A stretch of 34,638 nt of DNA from an uncultured Synechococcus sp. (GCA_913042965.1 CAJWLE010000001.1:1-34638), one strand, 5' to 3'; numbered from the stretch's first letter, positions 9,958 to 19,543 are shown. The notes: generated by a model not told the origin, from the sequence alone. Numbers and translations: made by a program.

Positions 9958-10835
9958 GCGCTGGCGAGCTCCATCGGCCTTGAGCCATGCAAACGCAACA
10001 GGCTGGCCAGGGTGACGCGCATCTGATTACGCGGAACGATGGTGTCAACAAAGCCCTTGTCCTGCAGATATTCAGCCGTCTGGAAGTCATCCGGCAGCTT
10101 TTCACGCAGGGTCTGTTCAATCACGCGACGCCCAGCGAAGCCGATCAACGCCTTGGGTTCCGCCAGGATCAAATCCCCCAACATGGCGAAGCTCGCCGTG
10201 ACACCCCCGGTGGTGGGATGCGTCAGAAGAGGCATGTAAAGCAACTCTGATTCCCTGTGGCGCTCCAGCGCACCGGAAATCTTGGCCATCTGCATCAAGC
10301 TGAGCATCCCCTCCTGCATGCGGGCACCACCGGACGCACAGACAATCAGCAGAGGCAAGCGTTTCTCCGTGGCCACCTCAATGAGTCGCGTGATCTTTTC
10401 CCCGACAACTGAGCCCATGGAGCCGCCCATGAAGCGGAAATCCATCACCGCCAGAGCCATCGACAGACCCTCCACCCGGCAGAGGCCCGTCACAACACCA
10501 TCATTCAGACCAGTGGATGCCTGGCTTTCAAGAAGACGATCGGCGTAGGCGCGGCGATCCTTGAAACCAAGGGGATCGGTGGGAGTGAGCTCCTCGTTCA
10601 GAGCTTCAAAACTGCCTGGATCGGCAATCACGGCGATGCGTTCGCTGCTGTTGATCCGGTGATGGTGACTGCAGCCGGCGCAGACACTGGCGTTGGCCCT
10701 CAGGTCTTTGAGATAGACCACCAAGCCACATTCAGGGCATTTGCTCCAAAGGCCATCACCTTCATCAGGTTCCTGGATCACCTTGCCGGTGGACTGTTCC
10801 TTGCGGCGGTCCGCAAACCAGTCGAACAAACTCAT
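9954..10835 (-). CDS. accD: Acetyl-CoA carboxylase carboxyltransferase beta subunit
   Basis: [16 protein letters not shown]...CAGC zinc finger, [33 protein letters not shown]. Confidence 0.97.
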   Translation of the reverse strand: MSLFDWFADRRKEQSTGKVIQEPDEGDGLWSKCPECGLVVYLKDLRANASVCAGCSHHHRINSSERIAVIADPGSFEALNEELTPTDPLGFKDRRAYADRLLESQASTGLNDGVVTGLCRVEGLSMALAVMDFRFMGGSMGSVVGEKITRLIEVATEKRLPLLIVCASGGARMQEGMLSLMQMAKISGALERHRESELLYMPLLTHPTTGGVTASFAMLGDLILAEPKALIGFAGRRVIEQTLREKLPDDFQTAEYLQDKGFVDTIVPRNQMRVTLASLLRLHGSRPMELASA

Positions 10836-11389
10836 GCGGTTTCCGCTCGTTGGGACAGTTTCGTTCTTGGGTGGCTCAGTGGTTCCTGAAGCAAGGCCGC
10901 CAAAAGGCCTCTTCACCTCAAATCAGATTCTCTTAATGGTACTTGTGTGGTCCGCAGGGCGATTGCCAGAAAACCCTTTGGTGCTTAGGGCGGGCAACCT
11001 GAATGGGGCCGCTTTGAGGCCTGAACACAGAGCGCCCAAAGACAGAGGGTTCAGGAGTGCATTCGACGCGGCTCAGCTTGCAGCCGATGGCGTCCAGGGG
11101 GCATAACCCGTGAATGACATCGATTTGTCTGTGCCCTTGCAACCTCTTTCACCGTTCCGTGAGAGAATGCAATGACGCGAATGGGCCGAGAGACCACGAC
11201 GCGCGATCTAGATAAACGGCCAGACCAAATGAACAGAAGAGTGATTCAACCCCTTCTTTGGGGGATAGATCAGCCCATGAGAGTGCACGGTGATCAGCGC
11301 AACGTTGAAACCGGTCACGAGTCGGCCCAACGGAAACGTTTCCTGCGCTCTGAGGCAGAGGACTCCGAGACAAGCGGAATCGTCTGATC

Positions 11390-11421
11390 AAAAAGAAACC
11401 CCCGCCAAAGGCAGGGGTCTC
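11390..11421 (-). terminator. Strong Rho-independent terminator on the minus strand
   Basis: Minus RNA GAGACCCCUGCC-UUU-GGCGGGGGUUUC-UUUUU: 12-bp stem, fully paired only on - (two G-U pairs), followed directly by U5. Confidence 0.85.
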
Positions 11422-11467
11422 AAAAATTCAAAAGGTTGTGACCTTGTTTCCAGCCTTTGAATTTTTT
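11422..11467 (+). terminator. Long AT-rich hairpin, possible plus-strand terminator
   Basis: AAAAATTCAAAAGGTTG...CAGCCTTTGAATTTTTT with a U-G pair on + and a T6 end; weak GC stem. Confidence 0.4.
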
Positions 11468-11469
11468 CC

Positions 11470-12265
11470 TCACATTCAAAATATAGATGGATTGACTGGC
11501 AAAGTTCCAGTTAGCCGTGGACAGCTTGTTGCTCGTCTACAGCCCCCTCTGCAGGTGGGGCGAACATGCCGGCCACCTGGTCAGGGAAAGGACTACAGAA
11601 ACCGCGAGAAGAGCTTGCTCTTCCCGAGCGATGCGGTGCCTGCCAAATCAAGTTCGTCCCTACACAGAGAAATGTGGATAACACACCGATTCTTTTCGGA
11701 TTTCAAAATCGCAGAACAGTGTTTCCCACGATCGCTCTCGCGGGAAACAGGGTTCTGCCGGCCCTCGGGTCGCTCTCCCGAAACCGTCGCGTATGGAGGG
11801 GATCCCCATCTCCGCGCCGCATCAATATGAAGGCCAACCAAGAGATTTGCAACCGGTCTTTTGGGCATCTTTTGGAACCCAAAAAATCCCCGTAAAGGCT
11901 CGTGTCTTTGGTATGGGAGAGCACTGAAAGAACCTGTCTGACATGGGTGGAAACCAGTTCAGACCAGACTTTTCAGACACATCTGTCAGTGACGTGGACA
12001 ACACCACGACTGTCTACGGTCCACACACGGTGCTACAGCCGCACCGGTTCAGTCGGACCCACCAAGCGTTCCTTGATTGCCCTCGATTCAAGGGTCTCAG
12101 ACAGCAAGCATTGAGAATCCGATCCTCCTAGTCCAAGGAACGAGCAAGGAGGCAAAGACGCTGCCCTCGGGAAAGACAGTGATCTCAACACAATCCAAGA
12201 CTCGCAAGGTTTGACCGGAAGATGTTGCGTGGATCCAAGCGAAACCCAGACAACAACTCGCAGAA
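11470..12265. ncRNA. Candidate large structured non-coding RNA (right block), strand unresolved
   Basis: Near-continuous stems: 11492-11514, 11517-11540, 11542-11561, 11605-11626, 11711-11758, 11765-11781, 11859-11884, 11938-11989, 12018-12059, 12071-12093, 12095-12116, 12124-12152; no protein-like ORF in six frames. Confidence 0.45.
11516..12019 (+). repeat. Two copies of CGTGGACA-N11-GTCTAC-R-G (11516-11542 and 11993-12019)
   Basis: Read directly: GTGGAC-agcttgttgctc-GTCTAC and GTGGAC-aacaccacgact-GTCTAC, both with a 12-nt spacer, 477 bp apart. Confidence 0.7.
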
Positions 12266-12406
12266 ATGATTTAATAATATTTTGAACCAAGAAAAATCAG
12301 CGCGTTCAAGCTGCAAATCCTTGCAAAACAATTGCGTCTAGACCACCAACCCATCAGCGCCACAACACGACCATTTTCTGAATCTGCAGCGCGCCCAAGA
12401 TCACTC

Positions 12407-12436
12407 TGATAAAATAGATCAATAAAAAGATTATTG
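12407..12436 (+). promoter_or_regulatory. AT-rich operator-like site upstream of ferritin
   Basis: TGATAAAATAGATCA (partial match to the Fur 7-1-7 box) overlapping the perfect inverted repeat CAATAA-N5-TTATTG, ending 10 bp before the ATG. Confidence 0.35.
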
Positions 12437-12445
12437 CCTAAATCA

Positions 12446-13009
12446 ATGGCATCACACACTGCCGCTATTAACGATCATCTTGCTCTGGAATTTCAGGCCA
12501 GCCACACTTACCTGGCTATGTCGATATGGCTTCGCGAAAAAGACCTCATCGGCTTTTCAGGCTACATGCTCGAAAAGAGTATTGAAGAACGCGGACATGC
12601 ATCAAAGATGATTGCCTATCTTGTCGACAGCGAATGCGAGGTACAACTACCAACCATTCAATCTCCGGAACGTGAGTTTCAAACGGTCCAAAAACTGTTT
12701 GACACCGTTTACAGCATGGAAAAACAGGTAACGGAATCAATCAACAATATTTATTCACGATCAGAACAGGAGGGCGACCGTGCCGCAACTGCAATGCTGG
12801 ACTGGTTCATCGAAGAACAAGTTAAAGAGGAATCCGAGGCGCGCTTTGTTCTGAAGCGATTGCGTTTGGCCGATTCCAACACTGCAGCACTGATCCTTCT
12901 TGATCAACAATTCCTGGATGGAACACTCCTTGCCAATATCAAAGCTGGAGGCGCATTTAACCTTGGGACAAGTGGAGGAGGCCAAGGACTTGGAAACGGA
13001 GTAGCTTGA
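12446..13009 (+). CDS. ftn: Non-heme ferritin
   Basis: LEFQASHTYLAM, EERGHA (ExxH), MEKQVT, LDWFIEEQVKEE ferroxidase-centre motifs; lower GC than flanking genes and opposite strand. Confidence 0.92.
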   Translation: MASHTAAINDHLALEFQASHTYLAMSIWLREKDLIGFSGYMLEKSIEERGHASKMIAYLVDSECEVQLPTIQSPEREFQTVQKLFDTVYSMEKQVTESINNIYSRSEQEGDRAATAMLDWFIEEQVKEESEARFVLKRLRLADSNTAALILLDQQFLDGTLLANIKAGGAFNLGTSGGGQGLGNGVA

Positions 13010-13105
13010 GGGATCGACAGCAACCATGCGAGGGGAATATCAATTTCGTTCATACAAAGCTAGTTTATAACAACAAAAAAACAGAATCATCATGGGATAG
13101 ATTTT

Positions 13106-13900
13106 TCACAAAATGTTCAGCCATTGATCCCACCACCAAATCGGACCCTTCAGCCAGACCAGCCATATACCGAGTGCGATGAATGGCCCAAATGGAAAAG
13201 GTTGTCGCGGTTTCAGGCGGCCGCTTAATCGACCGATGCTTCCAACAATCGCACCGCTGAAAACTGAAATTGCCATGGCGATTGCAATACCAAACACACC
13301 AAGCCACGCACCACCCAAGGCGGCAAGTTTTGCATCTCCCAAACCCAGGGCTGGTTGCCCCAGAGCTTTTTCCGCAAGGGCACTGAGGGTCTCCAGTGCC
13401 ATCAGCGAAAGAGCGGCACCGATCATGTGATCAGCAAAAACCGTTGCACCGCCAGTGACACTGGCCATCAGGCCCAACAGAACGCCCCAGCGGCACAGGG
13501 ATTCCGGCAACCACATGTGATCGAGATCGATCAGCACCAGTGGCAGAAGAAGACCGACCAAAGGCAAACCGATCCAAGGCTGCAAACTCGGTTCGACACC
13601 ACCTCCTCCTCCACTGCTCACCAACATCGTGCTGAGCCACAGCAAGGCACTGAGACTTTCAACCACTGGATAGCGCCAGCTGATGGAGGCACTGCAGTCT
13701 CTGCAACGGCCGCCAAGCAGCAACCAACCCAGCAGTGGCATGTTGTCGTGCCAGCGCACTGCATGACCACACCTTGGGCAATGACTGCCGGGATACACCA
13801 CGGATTCCTGCCGGGGCAATCGCCAAACAACAACATTGGTGAAACTGCCAACGCAGGCACCAAACGTGATCAGCCAGACCGGCGCGATCAAGCCTTCCAT
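13106..13900 (-). CDS. pilD: Prepilin peptidase (A24A)
   Basis: GSFTNVVVWRLP, CPRC...CRDC, IDLDHMWLP, GLGDAKL, PFGPFIALG. Confidence 0.93.
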   Translation of the reverse strand: MEGLIAPVWLITFGACVGSFTNVVVWRLPRQESVVYPGSHCPRCGHAVRWHDNMPLLGWLLLGGRCRDCSASISWRYPVVESLSALLWLSTMLVSSGGGGGVEPSLQPWIGLPLVGLLLPLVLIDLDHMWLPESLCRWGVLLGLMASVTGGATVFADHMIGAALSLMALETLSALAEKALGQPALGLGDAKLAALGGAWLGVFGIAIAMAISVFSGAIVGSIGRLSGRLKPRQPFPFGPFIALGIWLVWLKGPIWWWDQWLNIL

Positions 13901-14193
13901 CGATTCCGGGAACGGGCATGGCGAGCTCGAATCAGCTCCAATCCCACAAAATTTTCTTCAGGCAAAAGCACAGGGGCATGAAAGACAACACGCCCCTCCT
14001 GATGATCAAGATCAACAACAACACCGATTGGCTCAGGTGAACTGACCGTGTCTGACAAATAATTGAAGTACACACGCCGTGCAAGACGGATCAGTTCTCT
14101 GCTGTCAACACGATCCCATCGTGGCGTGGTCGGTGAGCCGGCAGCACCACTGATCTCAAACGACGGTGTTGCAAAAGTAATCGGCTCACCCAC
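13888..14193 (-). CDS. Conserved hypothetical protein
   Basis: Fills the prk-pilD gap in operon orientation; GRVVFHAPVLLPEE; start uncertain. Confidence 0.7.
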   Translation of the reverse strand: MGEPITFATPSFEISGAAGSPTTPRWDRVDSRELIRLARRVYFNYLSDTVSSPEPIGVVVDLDHQEGRVVFHAPVLLPEENFVGLELIRARHARSRNRWKA

Positions 14194-14241
14194 AAACGTA
14201 GATGAGCCGATTGTAGAGATGAATTGCTGAGACGTTCCAGG

Positions 14242-15144
14242 TCAGCTGACCTTTTTCTTCTCCTCGATCATGCGATGAATGATCGGCGTGAGGATCAGTT
14301 CCATCGCAAAGCCCATCTTGCCTCCATTCACCACGATGCTGGTGGGGCTGGACATGAAGGAGTCGTGAATCATGTTCAACAGGTAGTTGAAATCGATTCC
14401 CCAATTTTCCCGGGCACCTTTACGGAAGTGGATGATGACGAAACTTTCATCCGGGGTGGGAATGTTCCGGCAAATGAACGGGTTGGAGGTGTCCACCGTG
14501 GGCACCCGCTGAAAGTTGATATCGGTGTTGCTGAATTGCGGGCAGATGTGATTGATGTAATCCGGCATCCGGCGAAGGATGGTGTCCACGATCGCCTCTG
14601 CGGAATAACCGCGCTCAGCGTTATCGCGGTGGATCTTCTGGATCCACTCCAAATTGACAATCGGCACCACACCAACGAGGAGATCGGCCAGATCCGCCAC
14701 GTCATACCCCTCACCCTTCACCCCACCGTGAAGGCCTTCGTAGAAGAGAACATCTGTGCCGGAAGGAATGTCTTCCCAAGGCGTGAACTGACCCGGGTCA
14801 AGGTTCACACCCAGGCGAGCATTGTGCTCAGCGGCTTCCTCAGGGCTGTGCAGGTAATACCGCTTCTGACCAGCACCGGTTTCGCCGTAGGTGCGAAACA
14901 GTTCATCGAGCTTGTCGAAAAGGTTGGCTTCCGGACCGAAGTGGGAGAAATTTTCACCCTTCGCCAGGGCATCAGCCATGGCCTTTTTCATCGACGTCCG
15001 CTCATAGCGGTGGTAGCTGTCGCCTTCCACAACGGCAGGCGTGATGCCTTCACGAGCGAAGATGTGTTCGAAGGCGCGCTTGACGGTGCTGGTTCCAGCA
15101 CCGGACGAACCGGTTACAGCGACGACCGGGTGACGCTTCGACAT
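14242..15144 (-). CDS. prkB: Phosphoribulokinase (proteobacterial type)
   Basis: MSKRHPVVAVTGSSGAGTS, EGDSYHRY, YEGLHG, FQRVPTVDTSNPF. Confidence 0.96.
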   Translation of the reverse strand: MSKRHPVVAVTGSSGAGTSTVKRAFEHIFAREGITPAVVEGDSYHRYERTSMKKAMADALAKGENFSHFGPEANLFDKLDELFRTYGETGAGQKRYYLHSPEEAAEHNARLGVNLDPGQFTPWEDIPSGTDVLFYEGLHGGVKGEGYDVADLADLLVGVVPIVNLEWIQKIHRDNAERGYSAEAIVDTILRRMPDYINHICPQFSNTDINFQRVPTVDTSNPFICRNIPTPDESFVIIHFRKGARENWGIDFNYLLNMIHDSFMSSPTSIVVNGGKMGFAMELILTPIIHRMIEEKKKVS

Positions 15145-15208
15145 CGACGCGGGGACAAGATGCCCGGCGAGTTTGCCAGATCAAGGCCCACTTTCACCAC
15201 TACGTTCG

Positions 15209-16282
15209 TTAAAGAGCTTTCAGCAGTTCCTGGCCCATCGCCTGACATCCCAGCTGTGTACAGCCTTCCGCCATCAAATCACCGGTGCGGAAGCCCGCAG
15301 CAAGAACCCGGTCCACAGCGGCCTCAAGCGCATCAGCTGCCGCTGACTGCTTCAAACCAATCCGCAACATCATCGCGGCGGAGAGCACCATCGCCATGGG
15401 ATTGGCCTTGTCTTGACCAGCGATATCGGGCGCTGATCCATGCACCGGCTCAAACAGACCTGGGCCATCACTGCCCAACGAAGCCGAAGGCAGCATGCCG
15501 ATCGAGCCGGTCAGCATCGCCGCTTCATCGCTGAGAATGTCGCCGAACAGGTTGCCGGTGAGCAGCACATCGAACTGGCGTGGATCACGCACCAGCTGCA
15601 TGGCGGCGTTGTCCACGTACATGTGACTCACTTCAACCCCGCTGTAGCCAGGGGCCATTGCATCGACGCGATCCCGCCAGAGCTGACTCACATCCAGCAC
15701 ATTGGCCTTGTCAACGGAACAGAGCCGACCCCGACGCTCCCGGGCGATGTCAAAGGCCACCTTGGCGATGCGATCAACCTCAGAGCCGGAATAGGTCATC
15801 GTGTTGAAGCCGCGCTCATCGCCATCGGCCTCGAGACGGCCCTTGGGCTGACCGAAATAAATCCCGCCTGTCAGTTCTCGCACCACCATCAAGTCCACAC
15901 CCTCGATCACCTCACGCTTGAGGCTGCTGGCATCGATCAGAGCCGGAACAATCTTGACCGGACGGAGGTTGGCGAAAAGATCCATACCGGCCCTGAGCCC
16001 AAGCAGGCCGGTTTCCGGCCGCTTCTCACGCGGAAGGCTGTCGAAACGTGGGCTGCCGATGGCGGCCAGCAGAACCGAATCAGAGGCTTTGCAGGCCGCC
16101 AGAGTGCTGGCAGGGAGAGGTTCACCCGTGGCATCGATGGCGCTGCCACCGATCGGTTGTTCCTCGAAGACCAGTTCAAAACCGTGCCGTTCGCTCACCG
16201 CCTCCAGCAACCGCCGCGCCACGGTGGTGATCTCCGGGCCGATGCCGTCGCCAGGGAGCAGAACGACGCGGTGCTGAGCCAT
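15209..16282 (-). CDS. leuB: 3-isopropylmalate dehydrogenase
   Basis: [50 protein letters not shown]. Confidence 0.97.
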   Translation of the reverse strand: MAQHRVVLLPGDGIGPEITTVARRLLEAVSERHGFELVFEEQPIGGSAIDATGEPLPASTLAACKASDSVLLAAIGSPRFDSLPREKRPETGLLGLRAGMDLFANLRPVKIVPALIDASSLKREVIEGVDLMVVRELTGGIYFGQPKGRLEADGDERGFNTMTYSGSEVDRIAKVAFDIARERRGRLCSVDKANVLDVSQLWRDRVDAMAPGYSGVEVSHMYVDNAAMQLVRDPRQFDVLLTGNLFGDILSDEAAMLTGSIGMLPSASLGSDGPGLFEPVHGSAPDIAGQDKANPMAMVLSAAMMLRIGLKQSAAADALEAAVDRVLAAGFRTGDLMAEGCTQLGCQAMGQELLKAL

Positions 16283-16313
16283 GACGGACCGGAATGGCGA
16301 AGTGGTGGCGAGA

Positions 16314-17357
16314 CTACTGAGGGGCGTTCCGCTTCAGCTCCCGCAGAGTCTTGGTGATCTCGGGCAGCTTGCTGAAGGTGCTTGCACAGCGCAGCCAGAG
16401 TCGGTTGGGGATGGCGGGAAATCCACTCACTACCTGCCCCGCAGCCACATTGGAAGTCAAACCACTCTTGGAGCTGGCGATCACCCGATCACCAACGACC
16501 ACACGATTCGCCACGCCGACCTGACCGGCCAGGATGACGCCGTTGCCGATCTGAGCCCCACCGGCGATCCCCACCTGTGCGGCAAAGGCGCAGCCGCGAC
16601 CAACGCTGACCCCGTGGCCGATCTGCACCAGGTTGTCAATTTTGGTGCCAGCACCAATCCGGGTTTCACCCACAGAAGGTCGATCAATGGTGGTTCCGCT
16701 GCCCAGCTCAACCTGGTCTTCCAGCACAACCCGACCTGTCTGTGGCATTTTCCGCCACCCCTTGGCCGTTGGCACAAAACCAAACCCTTCCGAACCAACA
16801 ACAGCATTGGCACTGACCACACAACCGCGACCCAGATGACTGCCGGAATAAAGAACGGCATTGGCATGCAGCTCACAGCCATCCCCCACAAGGACGCCGT
16901 CGTAAATCACCACTCCGGGATGCACCACACAATTCGCCCCGACGCAGCTGCCAGCGCCGATGCAGACCCTGGCACCGATCGCCGTGCCTGCCCCAACCAC
17001 AGCCCGCTCATCGATCACAGCCGTTGGATGAATCTCGGCCGGTGGCCGGCGGCGTGGAACCAGTTGATCCAGAGCTTCCGCAAAGGCCAGGCGCGGGTCG
17101 GAGAACACCGCAAAGGGAATCTCACGTTGACTCGCACGATCAATCAGGTCCTGTTGGTCCGGGAGCAGAAGAGCCCCCACACAGCTTTGCCCCAGCTCTG
17201 AGGTGAGAGCGTTTCCTTTCTCCAAAAAGCTGAGCTGATCCGCCGCGGCCAGCTCAAGGGATGCGGCACCCGTCAACGGAGGATCAGCACCGGGGTTGCT
17301 CCAGAGCAATCCTGCATCCCCCGTTTGCAGGGCCTTGAGCAGGGAGCTGAAGCGCAT
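16314..17357 (-). CDS. lpxD: UDP-3-O-acylglucosamine N-acyltransferase
   Basis: Hexapeptide repeats, [30 protein letters not shown]. Confidence 0.95.
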   Translation of the reverse strand: MRFSSLLKALQTGDAGLLWSNPGADPPLTGAASLELAAADQLSFLEKGNALTSELGQSCVGALLLPDQQDLIDRASQREIPFAVFSDPRLAFAEALDQLVPRRRPPAEIHPTAVIDERAVVGAGTAIGARVCIGAGSCVGANCVVHPGVVIYDGVLVGDGCELHANAVLYSGSHLGRGCVVSANAVVGSEGFGFVPTAKGWRKMPQTGRVVLEDQVELGSGTTIDRPSVGETRIGAGTKIDNLVQIGHGVSVGRGCAFAAQVGIAGGAQIGNGVILAGQVGVANRVVVGDRVIASSKSGLTSNVAAGQVVSGFPAIPNRLWLRCASTFSKLPEITKTLRELKRNAPQ

Positions 17358-17392
17358 GATCAAACGGCGCGGAGGCCGGATCGTAAGCGCGC

Positions 17393-18466
17393 TCAGCGTT
17401 GATGCAGCACCAGTGCATCCCGGTGGACCACCACTGGGGATGGCACGGTGGCGTCCACCTCCATCAAGGCCTCTCGCAACTGATCGCTGGCCATGGAACA
17501 GAGACCGCGACCCAGCTCATCTCCCCGGGAATCCACCAACCGAACAGCCTGGTTGGAGGAAAACTGCCCCTCCACTGCCGTGATCCCAACCATCAGCAGT
17601 GACGCGCCTTGATGCTGCAGGGCGACACAGGCTCCGGCATCCAGTTCCAGAGTGCCTTCAGGTTCCAAGACATGGGCCAGCCAACTGCGCCGATTGCCAA
17701 GGGGATCCGGATGTGGATGAAACACCGTGCCCCCGCGTCCACCGGCCAGAAGAGCCTCCAAGCGCCTGGGATCACGGCCGTCATCAAGCTGCATGGTGAC
17801 GCCGCTGGCGGTGGCGATACGCGCGGCCGCCAGTTTGGTGGTCATCCCCCCCGTTCCCCAGCGCCCACCATCACCGGCAACGGCCTGAAGCGCCTCCAGA
17901 TCCTTGGGGTGATGAACATCAGCAATCGGCAGGGCGCCGTCATCCCGGCGTGGATCGGCGGAATACAACCGATCCACATCGGTCAGCAAAAGAAGCTGAT
18001 CCGCTTTCACCGCTGCAGCAACGAGGGCGGAAAGGGTGTCGTTGTCGCCGAAGCGCAGCTCGACAGGGGAAACAGCGTCGTTTTCGTTCACGACAGGCAG
18101 CACCCCCCAATCGAGCAGTTGCAACAGGGTTCCGGAGGCTTTCTGGTAACGAAGTCGGTCCACCAGATCTGAACGGGTCAGCAAAACCTGGGCCACGCGG
18201 GATCCGTAACGCCCCATCGCGCTCTCGTACAAAGCCATCAGATGGCCCTGCCCCACGGCCGCTGCCGCCTGAAGCGCCACCACAGAGGTTGGACGCTGGC
18301 TCAAACCAAGCCGTTGACAACCCAGACCCACGGCACCACTGGTGACCAGTACGACCTGATCACCACGTTGCTGCGCAGCGGCGATTCCCCGGGCGTAACC
18401 CTCGATCGCGGCTGCTGTATCCCCCCGCAGCAGGCTTGTGCCCAGCTTGACCACCCACAGCGTCAT
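17393..18466 (-). CDS. proB: Glutamate 5-kinase
   Basis: [40 protein letters not shown]-terminal PUA domain. Confidence 0.96.
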   Translation of the reverse strand: MTLWVVKLGTSLLRGDTAAAIEGYARGIAAAQQRGDQVVLVTSGAVGLGCQRLGLSQRPTSVVALQAAAAVGQGHLMALYESAMGRYGSRVAQVLLTRSDLVDRLRYQKASGTLLQLLDWGVLPVVNENDAVSPVELRFGDNDTLSALVAAAVKADQLLLLTDVDRLYSADPRRDDGALPIADVHHPKDLEALQAVAGDGGRWGTGGMTTKLAAARIATASGVTMQLDDGRDPRRLEALLAGGRGGTVFHPHPDPLGNRRSWLAHVLEPEGTLELDAGACVALQHQGASLLMVGITAVEGQFSSNQAVRLVDSRGDELGRGLCSMASDQLREALMEVDATVPSPVVVHRDALVLHQR

Positions 18467-18975
18467 GCCGCAGGGGCCCCCAACCATCGCGCGAGAGTCC
18501 GCTCCAGCCGCTGGATCCCATCACGGGAACAGGGCCCACCATCACTGGCAATCGGCCGAACCAAAACCGTGAACAAACCAAGGCGGTTGCCGCCGAGAAC
18601 ATCGGTGAACAAACGATCCCCCACCATGGCGATGCGCTCCGGCGGAAGGTTCAGTTCAGCCACAACACGGCGCAGCGCAGCACGATGGGGCTTGCGCGCA
18701 CCACAGGTGAAATCCACGTTCAGCTGATCCGCCACCGCGGAGATACGCCGCTGTGATGGGTTGTTGCTGAACAGGTGCAGGTGCAGGCTTTGACCCGCAT
18801 CAACCAACCAGGCCTTCACCGGCGCTGACAGCTGAACATCCCGGCCGGGAAGCAGGGTGCGATCGACATCGATCACCGCTGCCCGAATGCCATGGGACAG
18901 CAGATCGGACAGCGAAAGCTGAGCGATGGTCTGGCCTGGATCCCAGGAGGGTTGCAGGCAGTGGCGGCCACTCAC
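18463..18975 (-). CDS. YqeG family HAD IIIA phosphatase
   Basis: DVDRTL, FSNN, ARKP, VGDRLFTDVLGGN; GTG start overlapping the upstream TGA. Confidence 0.9.
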   Translation of the reverse strand: MSGRHCLQPSWDPGQTIAQLSLSDLLSHGIRAAVIDVDRTLLPGRDVQLSAPVKAWLVDAGQSLHLHLFSNNPSQRRISAVADQLNVDFTCGARKPHRAALRRVVAELNLPPERIAMVGDRLFTDVLGGNRLGLFTVLVRPIASDGGPCSRDGIQRLERTLARWLGAPAA

Positions 18976-19523
18976 TCCGGCCATTCCCGCTCCTCCAGTT
19001 CCGCCTCGATACGGGGCTGGATGCGATCAAAGGCCTCCCCTTCCACCAATTCGGCCTGGCCATCCACCATTCGAGCTACCACAAAAAAGGGATCCAGAGG
19101 GATGTAGAGGCCATAGTCCTGTTCCTTGACCATGAAGCTCACCAGAAGCTCATAGGTCTCCGCGTCCTCGTCTCCATCGTCCTCATCCTCTTCATCCAAC
19201 TCATCCGGGTCAGGCTCATCCAGTTCCCCGCTCACGGTGAGGGTCACAGCGGAACGCACCAGGATTAGCTCATGCTCCTGGAGAACAACGTCCGCCACCG
19301 AGAGGATCGGTTCACTGCTGTCAACACTGGAGATCGGCTCCGGATCACCCTCGTCCTGAAGCCGGAACAGGGACACCGGCGTATCCACAGGTGTGAGCAG
19401 CGCGTAATCCTGCCCATCGAGTGGGATCAGCTGCTCCAGGAAGCAGAGCAGGTCCTTTCCGTCACTGTCCCGCACGAGCACGGTGGGAACGTCACCGCTG
19501 CTGCCGGTGGCGGAGTCGCGCAT
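18972..19523 (-). CDS. DUF3727 domain protein
   Basis: YALLTPVDTPV, RSAVTLTVSG, acidic tract, LYIPLDPFFVVAR. Confidence 0.85.
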   Translation of the reverse strand: MRDSATGSSGDVPTVLVRDSDGKDLLCFLEQLIPLDGQDYALLTPVDTPVSLFRLQDEGDPEPISSVDSSEPILSVADVVLQEHELILVRSAVTLTVSGELDEPDPDELDEEDEDDGDEDAETYELLVSFMVKEQDYGLYIPLDPFFVVARMVDGQAELVEGEAFDRIQPRIEAELEEREWPE

Positions 19524-19543
19524 GAAATCGGAAGGCACTGAGC

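Larger units (their letters stand above)
10945..11467 (+). ncRNA. Candidate structured non-coding RNA (left block)
   Basis: Consecutive and nested stems such as CCTGAAC/GTTCAGG (11020-11055), GGGCATA/TGTGCCC (11099-11136), TCTTTCAC/GTGAGAGA (11145-11166), CCCCT/GGGGG (11250-11264), AGCGCA/TGCGCT (11296-11349); wobbles read as G-U on +; ends at a hairpin with a T-run. No family recognised and ends are approximate. Confidence 0.35.

Noticed and set aside
11673-11681. Perfect DnaA box TGTGGATAA suggesting oriC
   Set aside because: Only one perfect box and no dnaA or dnaN nearby; better viewed as a variant of the local GTGGA(C/T)A motif.
11516-12019. Possible CRISPR-like repeats
   Set aside because: Only two copies, 477 bp apart, with a variable core and no cas genes.
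12018-12059. Hairpin ending in CCGGTTC resembling group II intron domain V
   Set aside because: No AGC/CGC triad with correct geometry, no domain VI or GTGCG start, no reverse transcriptase.
11438-12290. Short ORFs (130, 109, 91, 85 aa and others) in the structured region
   Set aside because: Mutually overlapping on both strands, Arg/Ser/Pro-rich, no motifs or convincing RBS.
14224-15534. 436-aa plus-strand ORF
   Set aside because: Antisense shadow of prkB and leuB, typical of GC-rich DNA.
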